From the NCBI GenBank assembly GCA_002415855.1, contig DIAS01000126.1, forward strand, positions 26,981 through 90,980: a stretch of 64,000 bases of DNA, written 5' to 3'. Under the pieces are notes generated by a model that had not been told where the DNA came from, did not search any database, and was given only the letters and a program-made list of their open reading frames with translations. The translations under genes and the position numbers were made by a program. How positions within the stretch are numbered: the first letter of the stretch is position 1; every line of letters begins with the position of its first letter. This stretch comes from Bacteroidales bacterium UBA5072. GTDB lineage: Bacteria; Bacteroidota; Bacteroidia; Bacteroidales; UBA10428. This document shows positions 8,698 through 20,502 of the stretch, piece after piece.

Positions 8698-11154
8698 ATG
8701 AGTAAAATACAGGATAAGAAAAGAAACGAATTATTTCTGTCGTCACATGTTAATGAAGACACCGACTTTATCCCACTTATATCTGAAGAGGATGAGGAAA
8801 GCATTAGCCTTACCAAAGTTCCGGAAACATTGCCCATCCTCCCCCTCAGGAACACGGTTCTGTTCCCTGGCGTGATCATACCCATCACCGTTGGCCGCGA
8901 TAAATCCATGAAACTGGTCAGGGATCTTTATCAGAAGACCAAGATTATCGGAACGGTTGCGCAGAAGGACCCGAATGTTGATGATCCAGGCCCGGATGAA
9001 ATGTTTAAGGTAGGAACGGTTGCCCAGTTACTCAGGATCCTTGAAATGCCTGATGGCAGCACTTCCGTGATCATACAGGGAAAAAAGCGGTTCAGTATTA
9101 AGGAAGTCGTTGCTTCAGAACCTTATTATATAGCCAGGGTAAGTGCGCTCGAAGATGTCAAACCCCGCAGGAAGGACCATGAGTTTGAAGCCATTGTCGG
9201 CTCATTGAAGGACCTGTCGCTTAAAATCATCAAACTTTCCAGCAACATACCTCCTGAAACTTCTTTTGCCGTTAAGAATATTGAAAGTTCGGCTTTTCTG
9301 ATAAATTTTATCAGTAGCAACAGTGATATCAGGATGCTAGAAAAGCAGCATCTGCTGGAACAAAACAACCTGAAGAAAAGAGCCATTGCCTTGCTGCAAT
9401 ACCTGGCGCGTGAGGTTCAGATGCTTGAGCTGAAGCACGATATCCAGACCAAGGTCAAGATAGATATGGACCAGCAGCAACGGGAATACTTTCTGCATCA
9501 ACAGATGAAAACCATCCAGGACGAACTGGGTGGAAATCCTGTTGAACAGGAGATTGAAGAACTCAAGGCAAAAGCCAGGAAGAAAAAATGGAGCAGGGAT
9601 ACCGGAACTACTTTCTACAAGGAAGTAGACAAATTAACCCGTCTCAATCCGGCAACCGGTGAATACTCGGTTCAGCTCAACTATCTGCAGACATTGTTGG
9701 AACTGCCGTGGAATGAATATACCAGGGACAATTTCGATCTGAAGAGAGCGCAGAAAATCCTGGACAGAGACCATTTTGGCCTTGAGAAGGTCAAGGACAG
9801 GATCATTGAGCATCTAGCCGTACTGAAGCTGAAAGGGGACATGAAATCACCCATCATTTGCCTCTACGGGCCACCGGGTGTGGGCAAGACCTCGCTGGGG
9901 AAATCAGTGGCCAAGGCCCTTAACCGGAAATATATCAGAATGTCGCTCGGAGGTCTGCACGATGAGGCTGAAATTCGCGGACACCGCAAAACATATATCG
10001 GCGCCATGCCAGGACGCATAATCCAGAGTCTGAAAAAAATCAAATCAGCCAATCCGGTTTTCGTCCTCGACGAAATTGACAAGGTAGGCAGGGATTTTCA
10101 TGGCGATCCGGCCTCTGCTCTTCTGGAAGTTCTGGACCCTGAACAAAACAGCACCTTTTATGATAATTTTATCGAACTCGAATTTGATTTATCGAAGGTT
10201 TTGTTTATTGCCACCGCCAATACCACCAGTACGATCAATCCTGCATTACTTGACAGGATGGAACTGATCAATGTAAGCGGATACATCATAGAGGAAAAGG
10301 TCGAGATTGCCAGGCGGCACCTGGTACCCAAAGAATTGAAAAACCACGGGTTATCATCCAAAGCACTTTCTCTTTCGAAGAAAATACTGGAATACCTCGT
10401 CGAAAATTATACACGTGAATCCGGTGTCCGTGAACTGGATAAGACACTGGCAAAACTCGTCAGGGTTATTGCCAAGAAAGTGGCCATTGGCGAAAGTTAC
10501 AACAGGTATCTTTCCATCCCTGATTTAGAGCTGATCCTGGGTGCACCCAAGTACCTCAGCGATAAGTACCAGGGGAATGATATTGCAGGAGTCGTTACCG
10601 GTCTGGCCTGGACAGCTGCAGGAGGAGAGATCTTATTCATTGAAACCAGTCTTAGCAAAGGTAAAGGAAATCTCACCCTTACCGGTAACCTGGGTGATGT
10701 GATGAAGGAATCAGCCGTAATTGCCCTGGAATATATCAAGTCACACATCGAATTTCTCGATCTGTCACCCGACATCTTTGAAAACTGGAATATTCATGTT
10801 CACATCCCCGAGGGTGCCATACCCAAGGATGGACCTTCGGCCGGGATTACCATGGCAACATCCATGGCTTCCGCCATGACACAGCGCAAGGTTAAGAATC
10901 AGATTGCCATGACGGGTGAAATTACCTTACGCGGCAGGGTGCTGCCGGTCGGTGGTATCAAGGAAAAGATCCTGGCTGCCAAACGCGCCAACCTGAAGGA
11001 GATCATACTTTCTGAAGAGAACCGGAAGGACATTCAGGAAATTAATGAAATATACCTCAGAGGCCTCACGTTCCATTATGTCAGCAATATCATGCAGGTA
11101 TTCGAACTGGCATTGCTGAATGAAAAAGTGAATAAACCGGTCAAAATTGCCTGA
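8698..11154 (+). CDS. lon: ATP-dependent Lon protease
   Basis: '[14 protein letters not shown]', Walker A 'GPPGVGKTS', 'LDEIDK', catalytic 'PKDGPSAG' and 'GGIKEK'. Confidence 0.99.
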   Translation: MSKIQDKKRNELFLSSHVNEDTDFIPLISEEDEESISLTKVPETLPILPLRNTVLFPGVIIPITVGRDKSMKLVRDLYQKTKIIGTVAQKDPNVDDPGPDEMFKVGTVAQLLRILEMPDGSTSVIIQGKKRFSIKEVVASEPYYIARVSALEDVKPRRKDHEFEAIVGSLKDLSLKIIKLSSNIPPETSFAVKNIESSAFLINFISSNSDIRMLEKQHLLEQNNLKKRAIALLQYLAREVQMLELKHDIQTKVKIDMDQQQREYFLHQQMKTIQDELGGNPVEQEIEELKAKARKKKWSRDTGTTFYKEVDKLTRLNPATGEYSVQLNYLQTLLELPWNEYTRDNFDLKRAQKILDRDHFGLEKVKDRIIEHLAVLKLKGDMKSPIICLYGPPGVGKTSLGKSVAKALNRKYIRMSLGGLHDEAEIRGHRKTYIGAMPGRIIQSLKKIKSANPVFVLDEIDKVGRDFHGDPASALLEVLDPEQNSTFYDNFIELEFDLSKVLFIATANTTSTINPALLDRMELINVSGYIIEEKVEIARRHLVPKELKNHGLSSKALSLSKKILEYLVENYTRESGVRELDKTLAKLVRVIAKKVAIGESYNRYLSIPDLELILGAPKYLSDKYQGNDIAGVVTGLAWTAAGGEILFIETSLSKGKGNLTLTGNLGDVMKESAVIALEYIKSHIEFLDLSPDIFENWNIHVHIPEGAIPKDGPSAGITMATSMASAMTQRKVKNQIAMTGEITLRGRVLPVGGIKEKILAAKRANLKEIILSEENRKDIQEINEIYLRGLTFHYVSNIMQVFELALLNEKVNKPVKIA

Positions 11155-11237
11155 TACCGGTATGAAACTGCCTTTCGCCGATTTCTGATTTCTTATTTGG
11201 CAAACATGCCCTTACTTTAACTAAAATTTAAAAATAT

Positions 11238-11771
11238 ATGAAAATGGCACCAGGATTATTTTGGGGTGTGTTGCTTGTCCTGATTGGATTGGCAGCCATA
11301 TTTCGAGTGATTTTCGATGTAAATCTCTTCGGCGTTCTCTTCGCTTTCTTCCTGATTTTTGTGGGGATCAGCCTGCTGGTTGGCAAACCCTGGATGTTTC
11401 ACCAACAGAAAGGAGAACAAAATACCATGTTCGGAGAACAGAAGATGAATGATCAGCCGCGTGACAATGCAGAGTATAATGTGATCTTTGGACGGTCGGT
11501 GTATGATTTCAGGAGTATTCAATTCCCGGATAAGGAGCCGATCAGGATCAAGATCAATACTGTGTTCGGGAACTCTGTTATTCTGATCAACAAGAATACT
11601 GCAGTTAAGATAAAATCTGACGCAGTATTTGCCGGTGCTTCCATGCCCGACGGTAATTCCGTAGCGTTTGGCAGCATTCAGTATGCAACGGACACCTTCG
11701 CCGTTGCACTTAATCACCTGTATATTGATGCGCCGGTTGTGTTTGGTGCGTTGCAGGTAAAGGCCGAATAG
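11238..11771 (+). CDS. LiaF-like cell-wall-active antibiotic response membrane protein (N-terminal TMs + DUF2154-like beta domain)
   Basis: Hydrophobic 'FWGVLLVLIGL..LLIFVGISLL' then 'YNVIFG...D', 'NTVFG', 'VVFGAL' repeats. Confidence 0.65.
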   Translation: MKMAPGLFWGVLLVLIGLAAIFRVIFDVNLFGVLFAFFLIFVGISLLVGKPWMFHQQKGEQNTMFGEQKMNDQPRDNAEYNVIFGRSVYDFRSIQFPDKEPIRIKINTVFGNSVILINKNTAVKIKSDAVFAGASMPDGNSVAFGSIQYATDTFAVALNHLYIDAPVVFGALQVKAE

Positions 11772-11795
11772 CGTGCCGGAACCCTGGTACTGGAT

Positions 11796-11822
11796 AAACC
11801 CCGTCATTGGCGGGGTTTTTTT
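11796..11822 (+). terminator. Rho-independent terminator
   Basis: AAACCCCGTC-att-GGCGGGGTTT stem plus T-run. Confidence 0.8.
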
Positions 11823-11902
11823 AGGCTGTTACGAACCGGTAAAAGTTGTTTTATATCTGCAGATAAATCCTTAAGTTTACTGCAATCAATACACCTTTCC
11901 CC

Positions 11903-12376
11903 ATGTCGGATGATAAAATAAAAATCGCAGTATTTCCGGGGTCTTTTGATCCTTTTACCATTGGTCATGAATCGGTCGTGCGCCGGGCGCTTGATATGTT
12001 CGATAAGGTGATCATTGGTATCGGATTCAACACCACAAAATCCCGATTCTTCTCCATAGAAAGAACTACGGAAGCTATCCAGAGGGTATTCAAAGATACC
12101 AGAGGGAGGGTGGAGATTAAGGTTTTCAAAGGACTGACAGTTGATTTCTGCAAAAGTGAAAATTCCCGTTATATATTAAGAGGACTCCGTACTGCTGCGG
12201 ACTTTGAATATGAGCGAGCCATTGCGCAAACCAACAAAGCCATGTATCCCGAGATTGAAACTGTTTTTTTGCTTACGCTTCCCCAGCACACCTATGTTAA
12301 TTCCTCCATTATTCGTGAGATCATCAAACAGGGCGGAGATGCGAGCCTCTTCCTGCCCAGAGACTACAAGATATAG
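11903..12376 (+). CDS. coaD: Pantetheine-phosphate adenylyltransferase
   Basis: 'FPGSFDPFTIGH', 'RGLR..ADFEYE', 'NSSIIREI'. Confidence 0.97.
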   Translation: MSDDKIKIAVFPGSFDPFTIGHESVVRRALDMFDKVIIGIGFNTTKSRFFSIERTTEAIQRVFKDTRGRVEIKVFKGLTVDFCKSENSRYILRGLRTAADFEYERAIAQTNKAMYPEIETVFLLTLPQHTYVNSSIIREIIKQGGDASLFLPRDYKI

Positions 12377-12391
12377 CTGAAGCAAGAAGCC

Positions 12392-13807
12392 ATGCAAGCC
12401 TTACGTTCCCTATGGTTCATCTTCATGATTTGTCCTGCAGGTTATCCGGCAGTGGCCCAGCAAACAATCGTTGCCGGGCATGCGCCTTCATATGCCAACA
12501 CGGAACTCACCTTTTACAGCACCGCCGACTGGATCAGCGGAACGGAATCGATAGCCGGACATTGCAGGGTTTCCGACTCGGGTGATTTCCACCTGACTCT
12601 GCAATTGAACAGTACAACGCAGCTGCATTCCTGGCTGGGTATTTACCAGGGATATTTCTTCGCTGAACCGGGGAAAACATACCAGCTGGTGCTACCTGAG
12701 AGAAAGGAAAAATCGCCGGAAGATCTGCTGAATCCTTATTTCGAACCGGTCGAAATTCATCTGGGGCTTACCAACTTCAGCAGCGAAGATCTGAACATGC
12801 AAATCATGATGTTTGATGATGCTTTCATTCCCTATTATGATAAACATGTGAACAAGGTACATGTAAAGCCTGATCTTCAGAAGCTGGAGGACGACATCAG
12901 CCAGATTGAAGCTCCCTTTACGGGCTACACGGGTAGTTATTTCCATGAATACCGGCGATATCACTATGGGTTTCTGAAGTTGCTGGCCAATCAGCAAAGG
13001 GTACAAAGTCTGTCGGATGAATACTTCAACAACTATCCAGTGTTATATTCAAATCCCGCATATGCCGATCTGTTCAACCAGGTATTCAGCAAGTACTTCA
13101 TATTCCTTGGCCGGACTGAAGCAGGACAGCAGATCTATAAAGATATCAACCAGACAGGAAGTTACAGCGCTCTGAAAAAAACACTCATGAAATCAGGGAA
13201 TTTCAGCAATGATACCCTCACCGAACTGGTTGTGCTGAAGCAGTTGCATGATGAATTTTATGGCAGCCAGTTCTCACGGGCCGGACTGCTCAGGATTCTC
13301 GATACGCTCAGGCTTACTACGAACATTGAAGAGCATAAAAGCATTGCAAACATCATTTACCACAAGATTACGCGCCTGCTGGCCGGCTTTGAGCCACCGC
13401 AATTTGAACTATATGATACGGACAATAAACTGGTCAGGCTCTCTGATTACAGGGGCAAATATGTCTACCTGAACTTCTGTACCTGCCAGAGTTACACTTG
13501 TCTGAACGAGTTCAGCATGCTGGTCGATCTAAATAAACAATTCGGTGACAAGCTCTCCATCGTGACAATCGCTACGGATCCCATGGAAGAATTGCTCCGG
13601 CAATTCCTGTCGAGAAATAAGTACAACTGGAAATTCCTCCACTATGACAACCAGCCTGATATTCTTAAAGAATATGATATCAGGGCATTCCCGACATATT
13701 TCCTGATCGGGCCGGATGGCAAACTGATCTATTCGCCAGCGCTTTCCCCGGCCGAGAACTTCGGGCAGAGATTATTCGAGGTCATGAGAGCCAAGGGAGA
13801 TTTATAA
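12392..13807 (+). CDS. Exported protein with C-terminal TlpA/AhpC-TSA thioredoxin-like domain (non-canonical active site)
   Basis: Signal peptide; '[27 protein letters not shown]', '[17 protein letters not shown]'. Confidence 0.8.
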   Translation: MQALRSLWFIFMICPAGYPAVAQQTIVAGHAPSYANTELTFYSTADWISGTESIAGHCRVSDSGDFHLTLQLNSTTQLHSWLGIYQGYFFAEPGKTYQLVLPERKEKSPEDLLNPYFEPVEIHLGLTNFSSEDLNMQIMMFDDAFIPYYDKHVNKVHVKPDLQKLEDDISQIEAPFTGYTGSYFHEYRRYHYGFLKLLANQQRVQSLSDEYFNNYPVLYSNPAYADLFNQVFSKYFIFLGRTEAGQQIYKDINQTGSYSALKKTLMKSGNFSNDTLTELVVLKQLHDEFYGSQFSRAGLLRILDTLRLTTNIEEHKSIANIIYHKITRLLAGFEPPQFELYDTDNKLVRLSDYRGKYVYLNFCTCQSYTCLNEFSMLVDLNKQFGDKLSIVTIATDPMEELLRQFLSRNKYNWKFLHYDNQPDILKEYDIRAFPTYFLIGPDGKLIYSPALSPAENFGQRLFEVMRAKGDL

Positions 13808-14416
13808 AAGGTCGTTGTATTTGAGGACATCGAGGACTGCCAGGTAAGTGTTCCCGGTTATGGTTCCCAGGTCCTCCCGGCTTATCCACCTGATCTCGGT
13901 AATATCCTCATCCAGCTGTGGGATGGGTTTTTCATCACCGGGGTATACCATTTCAAACCAGCTTGTCCTTTTTAATATGGTTTGTTCATCAATAAAATAG
14001 GAATGGTAAGTAGACAACATGGGATTGACAATCTCAAGACCGTGCAGACCGCATTCCTCTGTGACCTCTCTGATGGCAGCCTGTTCAAATGTTTCATTGC
14101 GGTTGACCTTCCCTTTTGGCAAATCCCATTTTCCGCGCCTTTTCATGATCAGGTATTTCCCTTCATTGTCGCGGACCAGTCCTCCTGCCGCATACACCTG
14201 CTGGAAACACGATTTGAACCGTTCCCGCAACTCATCAATATCATGGTGGAATATGAATAAGGTATCGATACGTTTCAGCTTCCAATAGAATGCAATGAGT
14301 TCTTTCAGGTCATCCACATTCCGGTACTTATAGAATAAGCCATGCCTCAGCTGAAAGTTCCGTATGAAGTCATCCGTCAGTAGTACAATCCTCTCGTTAA
14401 AAAAAACTTTGTACAT
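13802..14416 (-). CDS. NUDIX hydrolase
   Basis: Nudix box '[27 protein letters not shown]'. Confidence 0.93.
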   Translation of the reverse strand: MYKVFFNERIVLLTDDFIRNFQLRHGLFYKYRNVDDLKELIAFYWKLKRIDTLFIFHHDIDELRERFKSCFQQVYAAGGLVRDNEGKYLIMKRRGKWDLPKGKVNRNETFEQAAIREVTEECGLHGLEIVNPMLSTYHSYFIDEQTILKRTSWFEMVYPGDEKPIPQLDEDITEIRWISREDLGTITGNTYLAVLDVLKYNDLL

Positions 14417-14423
14417 TTACCAC

Positions 14424-15065
14424 ATGAAAAATAATGAAAATACCATCGCGAGCTTATTGTTACAATGCAAGGCCATTAAACTTAATCCTGAAAAGCCCTT
14501 CCATTGGGCCTCAGGCTGGTTATCACCTATATATTGCGACAACCGTAAAACATTGGCTTACCCTGATATACGAAACTTGATCAAATATAGTTTTGCAGAT
14601 TTAATAAAAGAAAAATACTTTTCAACAGAGGCAATTGCAGGCGTTGCTACTGGCGCAATAGCACAGGGTGCCCTTGTGGCCGACATGCTGGGTTTGCCAT
14701 TTATGTATGTTCGTTCTGAAGCCAAGGGCCATGGCCTTGAAAACCTGATTGAGGGAGATCCCAAGCCGGGTCAGAAGGTTGTTGTGATTGAAGACCTTAT
14801 TTCTACAGGCGGGAGCAGTCTCAAAGCTGTTAATGCTTTGAGGCAGTGCGGCTGTGAAGTTCTTGGTATGGCAGCTGTTTTTACCTATGGCTTTCCCGGG
14901 GCTCAGGAGAGCTTTAAACAAGCCGCCTGCACCCTTTATACGCTGAGCAATTATGAAGCCATGTTGGAACTTGCCCTGGAAACAGGGTACATAAAGAAGG
15001 AAAACATGGAGACACTTAGCGAGTGGAGGCATTCGCCGGAAACCTGGGGGAGAAACCTGCAATAG
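14424..15065 (+). CDS. pyrE: Orotate phosphoribosyltransferase
   Basis: 'WASGWLSPIYCDNR', 'GVATGAI', PRPP motif 'VVVIEDLISTGGSS'. Start set at ATG 14424 because the ORF-track start overlaps the NUDIX gene. Confidence 0.96.
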   Translation: MKNNENTIASLLLQCKAIKLNPEKPFHWASGWLSPIYCDNRKTLAYPDIRNLIKYSFADLIKEKYFSTEAIAGVATGAIAQGALVADMLGLPFMYVRSEAKGHGLENLIEGDPKPGQKVVVIEDLISTGGSSLKAVNALRQCGCEVLGMAAVFTYGFPGAQESFKQAACTLYTLSNYEAMLELALETGYIKKENMETLSEWRHSPETWGRNLQ

Positions 15066-15084
15066 AGCCATTAAGAAAAAACTT

Positions 15085-15495
15085 ATGTTAAAACTTGAAA
15101 GCAAAAACGGCACCGCAAATGGCAGTCAGTTGGCTGTTTATCAATACCTTTCCAATTTCAGGAATTTTGCCCACATGCTCCCTGCAGAGCAGCTCAACAA
15201 CCTGGAGGTTACCGGTGATACAATCCGGTTTGCGATCAGCGGGTTAGGAATGATCGGGTTAAAATTAAGCGAAAAAAAGCCATACGAGCAGTTCGTTGTC
15301 AGGGGAACCGAGGACAGCTCTGCGGATTTCACCATCTGGGTCAATATTGCAGCGGAATCTGAAAGGCAATCAAGGGTAAATCTTGTTCTGGAGGCCAATC
15401 TCAATATGTTTATCGAAATGATGGCCAGGGGGCCACTGCAAAAGTTTGCAGATATGATTATTGATAAGATTACCGCATTGGAGTTTAAGGAATAA
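15085..15495 (+). CDS. SRPBCC/START-like small protein (commonly next to pyrE in Bacteroidota)
   Basis: 'VYQYLSNFRNFAHMLP', 'LNMFIEMMARGPLQKFAD'. Confidence 0.65.
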   Translation: MLKLESKNGTANGSQLAVYQYLSNFRNFAHMLPAEQLNNLEVTGDTIRFAISGLGMIGLKLSEKKPYEQFVVRGTEDSSADFTIWVNIAAESERQSRVNLVLEANLNMFIEMMARGPLQKFADMIIDKITALEFKE

Positions 15496-15539
15496 CAGTC
15501 AGGAACTTCCGCATGAAAGACCGGCTTTGGCTGTGAAAA

Positions 15540-16298
15540 TTATGTGATAAACGTAATTTCTTTAAAGCCATAGTGCCTTAGCGTGCCATCATGTCGCAAT
15601 ACCATCAGTTCTCCCGATTCCGCCACATCTATGATTCTTCCTTCAAAGGTACCGGATGAATCACTGTAGGTTGCCCATTTATTCAATCCAAGGAGATTAT
15701 TCAGATACCTGGTCTTAATTTCAGGGAACCGTTCACTGTATAAGAGGGCAATGTGGCCATTCAGTGAGTGCAATAAACCAGCCAACATGTCTGGAATATC
15801 AAAATCGCGGCCGACAGCATTTCGGAGGGAGGCTGGATTTGGTATGCCAGGCGGGAATTCCCGCTGGTTAACATTCACACCGATACCCACAACCGAAGTA
15901 CGCAGGTTTCTGTCAAGTATAGAATTCTCAATGAGGATTCCCGCCACTTTTTGTCCCCTGAGCAGGATATCATTTGGCCATTTGATGGTAACAGGTTGTG
16001 CAAAAGGTAAAAGAAAATCGAGGAGGGCATTGGAAACACACATGCTGAGGTAAAACTGGCGCTCCGCTTGCAAAAATTCAGGGCGAAGAACAACACTGAG
16101 CAGGAGATTGCATCCGGCATCGCTGACCCAACTGTTACCTCCCTGTCCCTTACCATGTGTCTGATGACCTGCCAAAATTACAGTGCCCTCTTTCACCTGG
16201 GTGCTTCTTAGCAGTTGTGCTGCATAAATATTTGTCGAATCCACCGATTCAAGTTGTATCAAGGGATTCCCTATTGTAATATTTTTCATTTCAGTCAT
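15540..16298 (-). CDS. birA: Biotin--[acetyl-CoA-carboxylase] ligase (no HTH)
   Basis: 'SVDSTN', 'QTHGKGQGGNSW', 'IKWPNDI', 'KVAGILIE', 'GIGVNVNQ'. Confidence 0.95.
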   Translation of the reverse strand: MTEMKNITIGNPLIQLESVDSTNIYAAQLLRSTQVKEGTVILAGHQTHGKGQGGNSWVSDAGCNLLLSVVLRPEFLQAERQFYLSMCVSNALLDFLLPFAQPVTIKWPNDILLRGQKVAGILIENSILDRNLRTSVVGIGVNVNQREFPPGIPNPASLRNAVGRDFDIPDMLAGLLHSLNGHIALLYSERFPEIKTRYLNNLLGLNKWATYSDSSGTFEGRIIDVAESGELMVLRHDGTLRHYGFKEITFIT

Positions 16299-16428
16299 GT
16301 ATTGAATAAGGAGATCTTAAAGGGTCCTCTTTGGTATTGTAATTGTTACAAGAAAAATAGTGATAATATTTTACATGCACGTCATAAATACAAAGGTTGT
16401 TGAACCGCAGACGAATGGATAAATTCAC

Positions 16429-16436
16429 TATTTTTG
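16429..16436 (+). promoter_or_regulatory. -7 element for the rsfS-ftsH-cdsA-psd run
   Basis: TATTTTTG 8 nt upstream of the rsfS ATG. Confidence 0.5.
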
Positions 16437-16444
16437 TACCTTGA

Positions 16445-16819
16445 ATGTTAAAACAAGAAGGATTGGGAAATACCGGGCAATTGCTGCAATACATCATCGA
16501 GGGTATACTGGAGAAGAAAGGGAAAGAAGTAATCAATATCGACTTGAGAAAACTGGATTATGCAGCCTGTGATAACTTCGTAATCTGCCACGGGGAATCG
16601 GGGACACAGGTTAAAGCATTGGCGGGATCAGTAGAGGATAAGGTGGAGGAAAAGCTTGGATTGCGGGTAAAGCACAGGGAGGGACTTGAAAACGCAAGCT
16701 GGATATTGCTCGATTATGGTGACATTGTTGCACACATTTTTGTAAAGGAAGCAAGGGATTATTACAAACTTGAAGATTTATGGGGAGATGCGGACATCAA
16801 CCTGATACAGGAAGATTAA
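16445..16819 (+). CDS. rsfS: Ribosome silencing factor
   Basis: 'EKKGKEV..IDL', 'FVICHG.S..QV.A', 'WILLDYGDIVAHIF...R.YY.LEDLW'. Confidence 0.96.
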   Translation: MLKQEGLGNTGQLLQYIIEGILEKKGKEVINIDLRKLDYAACDNFVICHGESGTQVKALAGSVEDKVEEKLGLRVKHREGLENASWILLDYGDIVAHIFVKEARDYYKLEDLWGDADINLIQED

Positions 16820-16832
16820 TACGTTAAAAAGC

Positions 16833-18923
16833 ATGGAAGAAAATAACAAAGATCTGAAACAAAAAGCTGAAGAGGAAAAGAATAACAACGGGTCAAAGCC
16901 CCCGGGAAACAATATGCTGGGCAACAAGAAACCCCGGTTTAATGCCATGTGGATCTATGCCATAATTGGTGTTGCCATCATACTGATTTATTTTTTTGAT
17001 TCAGGCCAGGGACCAGTGGCAATTGACTGGAAGTTTTTCCAGAATGAATTGCTATTGAAGAAGGAAATTCAGAAGATTCTTGTTGTAAACGAACAGCACG
17101 CTGATATTTATATCAAGGAGGAGTACCTGAATCAGCCAAAGCACCAGAAGAACTTTACCAAAGGATTGAACGCCTTTACCAAAGCAGGGCCACACTATAC
17201 CATGCCGGTAGGGTCAAATGATATTTTCAAGAAGATGCTGGATGACGCCCAGGCAGGAATGCCTGAAGCCGACAGGATTTATCCCGAATTCGTTCGTAAA
17301 AGAACGTTTGGCGACACTTTTGTGATTTTATTGCCCATCCTTGCCTTAGTAATTCTTTACCTGGTTATTTTCAGAAGAATGGGTGGTGCCGGTGGTTCCG
17401 GAGGTGGAACCAACATTTTTAACGTCGGGAAATCCAAGGCCCGGATATTCGACAAGGATGAAAATATCAGGCTCGATTTTAAAGATGTAGCCGGTTTGGA
17501 AGAAGCAAAAATGGAAGTCAAGGAAATCGTGGACTTTCTTAAGAAGCCTAAAAAATATACTGATCTGGGCGGAAAAATACCCAAAGGAGCGCTACTGGTA
17601 GGACCTCCGGGGACAGGTAAGACCTTGCTGGCAAAGGCTGTTGCCGGGGAAGCACATGTGCCTTTCTTTTCACTGTCGGGATCCGATTTCGTGGAGATGT
17701 TCGTAGGCGTAGGAGCATCCAGGGTGCGCGATCTGTTTAAGCAAGCCAAGGAAAAAGCACCTTGTATTGTTTTTATCGATGAAATTGATGCCATTGGCCG
17801 GGCAAGGGGGAGGAATCCCAATCTGGGAGCCAATGATGAGCGTGAGAATACGCTAAATCAATTGCTGACTGAAATGGACGGGTTTGCCTCCAACGCGGGT
17901 GTGATCATACTGGCAGCCACAAACCGGGCAGACATTCTCGACAAGGCACTGCTGCGGGCAGGTAGGTTTGACCGTCAGATTTACGTGGAATTGCCTGACT
18001 TGAATGAACGACGGGAGATCTTCAAGGTCCATCTCCGGCCTATTAAATATGAAAAGGACCTTGAGATTGAGTTTCTGGCCCGTCAGACACCGGGTTTCTC
18101 CGGCGCTGACATCGCCAATGTATGCAACGAAGCTGCTCTGATTGCGGCCAGGAAGAATAAAAAATCGGTTCAGAAGCAGGATTTCCTTGATGCCGTAGAC
18201 CGGATCGTAGGTGGTCTTGAAAAGAAAAACAAAATCATTACCCTGCAGGAGAAAAAAACCATTGCCTATCATGAAGCAGGGCATGCCACTGTAAGCTGGA
18301 TGCTTGAGCATGCTAGTCCCCTCGTGAAAGTCACCATCATTCCCCGGGGAAAGTCACTGGGCGCTGCCTGGTATCTTCCCGAAGAAAGGCAGATCACCAC
18401 ACGCGATCAGTTGCTTGAGGAAATGACGGCAACGCTTGGCGGAAGGGCTGCTGAAGAAATAACTTTTGGCAAGGTTTCGACAGGTGCACTGAATGATCTT
18501 GAGCGCATTACCAAGCAGGCTTATGCCATGGTTACCTATTTCGGACTTAGCGAAAAGATCGGTAACCTGAGCTTTTATGATTCATCAGGGCAAAACGATT
18601 ACTTTTTTCAGCGGCCATACAGTGACAAGACTGCTGAACTGATTGATAAAGAAGCCAAGGAGATTATTGATTCACAGTATGTCCGTGCCATCGGTATTCT
18701 CAATGAGCATAAGGAAGGCTTAATTCAGCTGGCAGAGCAACTGCTTGAAAAGGAAGTGATATTTACGGAGGACCTGGAAAAGATCTTCGGCAAAAGGAAA
18801 TTTACAGTGGAAATGCCAGAGAAACCAAAAAAAAGCAGGAAAACAGGTAAGACAACCGGACCGGCAGGTTCAAAGAAATCCAAACTTGCCAAGGATCCGG
18901 AAAAGGTCAAACAATCTGCCTAA
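16833..18923 (+). CDS. ftsH: ATP-dependent zinc metalloprotease FtsH
   Basis: '[13 protein letters not shown]', 'FIDEID', SRH '[20 protein letters not shown]', 'HEAGH'. Confidence 0.99.
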   Translation: MEENNKDLKQKAEEEKNNNGSKPPGNNMLGNKKPRFNAMWIYAIIGVAIILIYFFDSGQGPVAIDWKFFQNELLLKKEIQKILVVNEQHADIYIKEEYLNQPKHQKNFTKGLNAFTKAGPHYTMPVGSNDIFKKMLDDAQAGMPEADRIYPEFVRKRTFGDTFVILLPILALVILYLVIFRRMGGAGGSGGGTNIFNVGKSKARIFDKDENIRLDFKDVAGLEEAKMEVKEIVDFLKKPKKYTDLGGKIPKGALLVGPPGTGKTLLAKAVAGEAHVPFFSLSGSDFVEMFVGVGASRVRDLFKQAKEKAPCIVFIDEIDAIGRARGRNPNLGANDERENTLNQLLTEMDGFASNAGVIILAATNRADILDKALLRAGRFDRQIYVELPDLNERREIFKVHLRPIKYEKDLEIEFLARQTPGFSGADIANVCNEAALIAARKNKKSVQKQDFLDAVDRIVGGLEKKNKIITLQEKKTIAYHEAGHATVSWMLEHASPLVKVTIIPRGKSLGAAWYLPEERQITTRDQLLEEMTATLGGRAAEEITFGKVSTGALNDLERITKQAYAMVTYFGLSEKIGNLSFYDSSGQNDYFFQRPYSDKTAELIDKEAKEIIDSQYVRAIGILNEHKEGLIQLAEQLLEKEVIFTEDLEKIFGKRKFTVEMPEKPKKSRKTGKTTGPAGSKKSKLAKDPEKVKQSA

Positions 18924-18959
18924 ACAGTCAGAAGCATAGCATCCTAAAGATTCCTAAGC

Positions 18960-19781
18960 TTGAGAAACCTAATACAACGAACTCTTTCAGGCATTGTATA
19001 CCTGATATTGATTATCGGATCCCTCTTTCTCGGGAAGTATTTGTTTGCTGCTGTTTTCCTCCTTATCTGTATAATGGCCCTTGTTGAGTTCTATAACCTG
19101 ACAGGGCTGTCACGGGAATCGATGTATGTAATCCCCGGAGTGACAGCGGCAGGCTTGCTATTCATCCTTTCGTTCCTTGTTGCATCCCGTACAGCTGGTT
19201 TCCAATGGCTGTCCTTATCCGTTTTGGTGCCTGTTCTCCTGTTCATCGCGGCCTTGTATTCGAAGAAACCCGACCTGATCAAAGGTCTTGCTGTTACTTT
19301 TCTGGGCATAGGGTACATCGTGATCCCTTTGTCGGTCATGAATTACCTTGTATTTCCCGCGTGCAGCAATAATGGTTATACACACCGTGTTGTGCTGGGA
19401 ATTCTGGCGTTTGTCTGGATTAACGATACAGGGGCATACCTTGCCGGTACCTTGCTGGGACACCATAAACTGTTCCCGCGGATTTCACCCAAGAAATCAT
19501 GGGAAGGACTGATCGGGGGGGCATTCCTGACCCTGATACCGGCATTCTGGATGCATGACGTGATGGGGATTCTGACAAAAACTGACTGGATCGTTCTGGC
19601 CTGCATTGCATCATGTTTCGGAGTTTATGGGGACCTCAGCGAATCATGGATCAAACGTATCGCCGACAAGAAAGACTCCGGCTCCATTATGCCTGGCCAT
19701 GGCGGCGTACTTGACAGGATCGACTCCATACTTTTTGTGATGCCGGTTTCCTTTATATATTTGGTTATAGCAGGTAAGTAA
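18960..19781 (+). CDS. cdsA: Phosphatidate cytidylyltransferase
   Basis: 'WINDTGAY..G..LG.HKLFPRISPKKSWEG', 'DL.ES..KR....KDSG.IMPGHGGVLDRIDS'; TTG start. Confidence 0.96.
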   Translation: MRNLIQRTLSGIVYLILIIGSLFLGKYLFAAVFLLICIMALVEFYNLTGLSRESMYVIPGVTAAGLLFILSFLVASRTAGFQWLSLSVLVPVLLFIAALYSKKPDLIKGLAVTFLGIGYIVIPLSVMNYLVFPACSNNGYTHRVVLGILAFVWINDTGAYLAGTLLGHHKLFPRISPKKSWEGLIGGAFLTLIPAFWMHDVMGILTKTDWIVLACIASCFGVYGDLSESWIKRIADKKDSGSIMPGHGGVLDRIDSILFVMPVSFIYLVIAGK

Positions 19782-19800
19782 GAACATTAATCTTATCGTC

Positions 19801-20457
19801 ATGAGGATACACAAAGAAGGATTTGCCATATTGCTGTTGACACTTATCGTGGTCGCCAGCCTGAACATTGTTTTTTACTGGCTTATCAGGAATCACATCT
19901 GGCAAACAGTGCTTATTGTCCTGAGCGTGATCATGTTCCTGCTTGTAGTCTGGTTCTTCAGGAATCCGGAACGGAGTGTAATTCCTGATGAGGCGGTCAT
20001 CCTTTGTCCGGCCGACGGCAAAGTTGTTGTGATTGAGGAAGTGGTGGAAAGCGAATATTTTAAGGACAAACGGTTGCAGGTTTCCGTATTCATGTCACCG
20101 TTAAATGTACATGTAAACCGGTATCCTGTCAGTGGCCTCGTCAGCTATTTCAGGTACCATCCAGGCAAATACCTGGTGGCCTGGCATCCCAAATCGTCTG
20201 CACTGAATGAAAGATCTACCGTGGTTATCAGAGATGTAAAAGGACGGGAGATCCTCGTCCGACAAATCGCCGGTGCTGTTGCCAGGCGTATAGTGCCCTA
20301 TGCAGTGCAGGGTGAACAGGTAACACAGGGAGATGAACTCGGATTTATCAAGTTTGGTTCCCGTGTCGATCTGTTTCTTCCGCCAGATACAAAGATTGCA
20401 GTTAAGCTGGGGGATAAAGTCACAGGGAACCGAACGGTAATCGGAAGCTGGCAGTAG
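19801..20457 (+). CDS. psd: Phosphatidylserine decarboxylase proenzyme (short type)
   Basis: 'FFRNPER', 'PADGKV', 'FMSPLNVHVNR', self-cleavage motif 'KFGSRVD'. Confidence 0.95.
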   Translation: MRIHKEGFAILLLTLIVVASLNIVFYWLIRNHIWQTVLIVLSVIMFLLVVWFFRNPERSVIPDEAVILCPADGKVVVIEEVVESEYFKDKRLQVSVFMSPLNVHVNRYPVSGLVSYFRYHPGKYLVAWHPKSSALNERSTVVIRDVKGREILVRQIAGAVARRIVPYAVQGEQVTQGDELGFIKFGSRVDLFLPPDTKIAVKLGDKVTGNRTVIGSWQ

Positions 20458-20502
20458 CAGTGCAGTATGAGCACAACAGCTACTGCATATGCCTCTGCCT
20501 GG

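Noticed and set aside
20451-20486. Hairpin between convergent psd and kbl
   Set aside because: The 8-bp stem has a long loop and no U-tract, which is insufficient to call a terminator.
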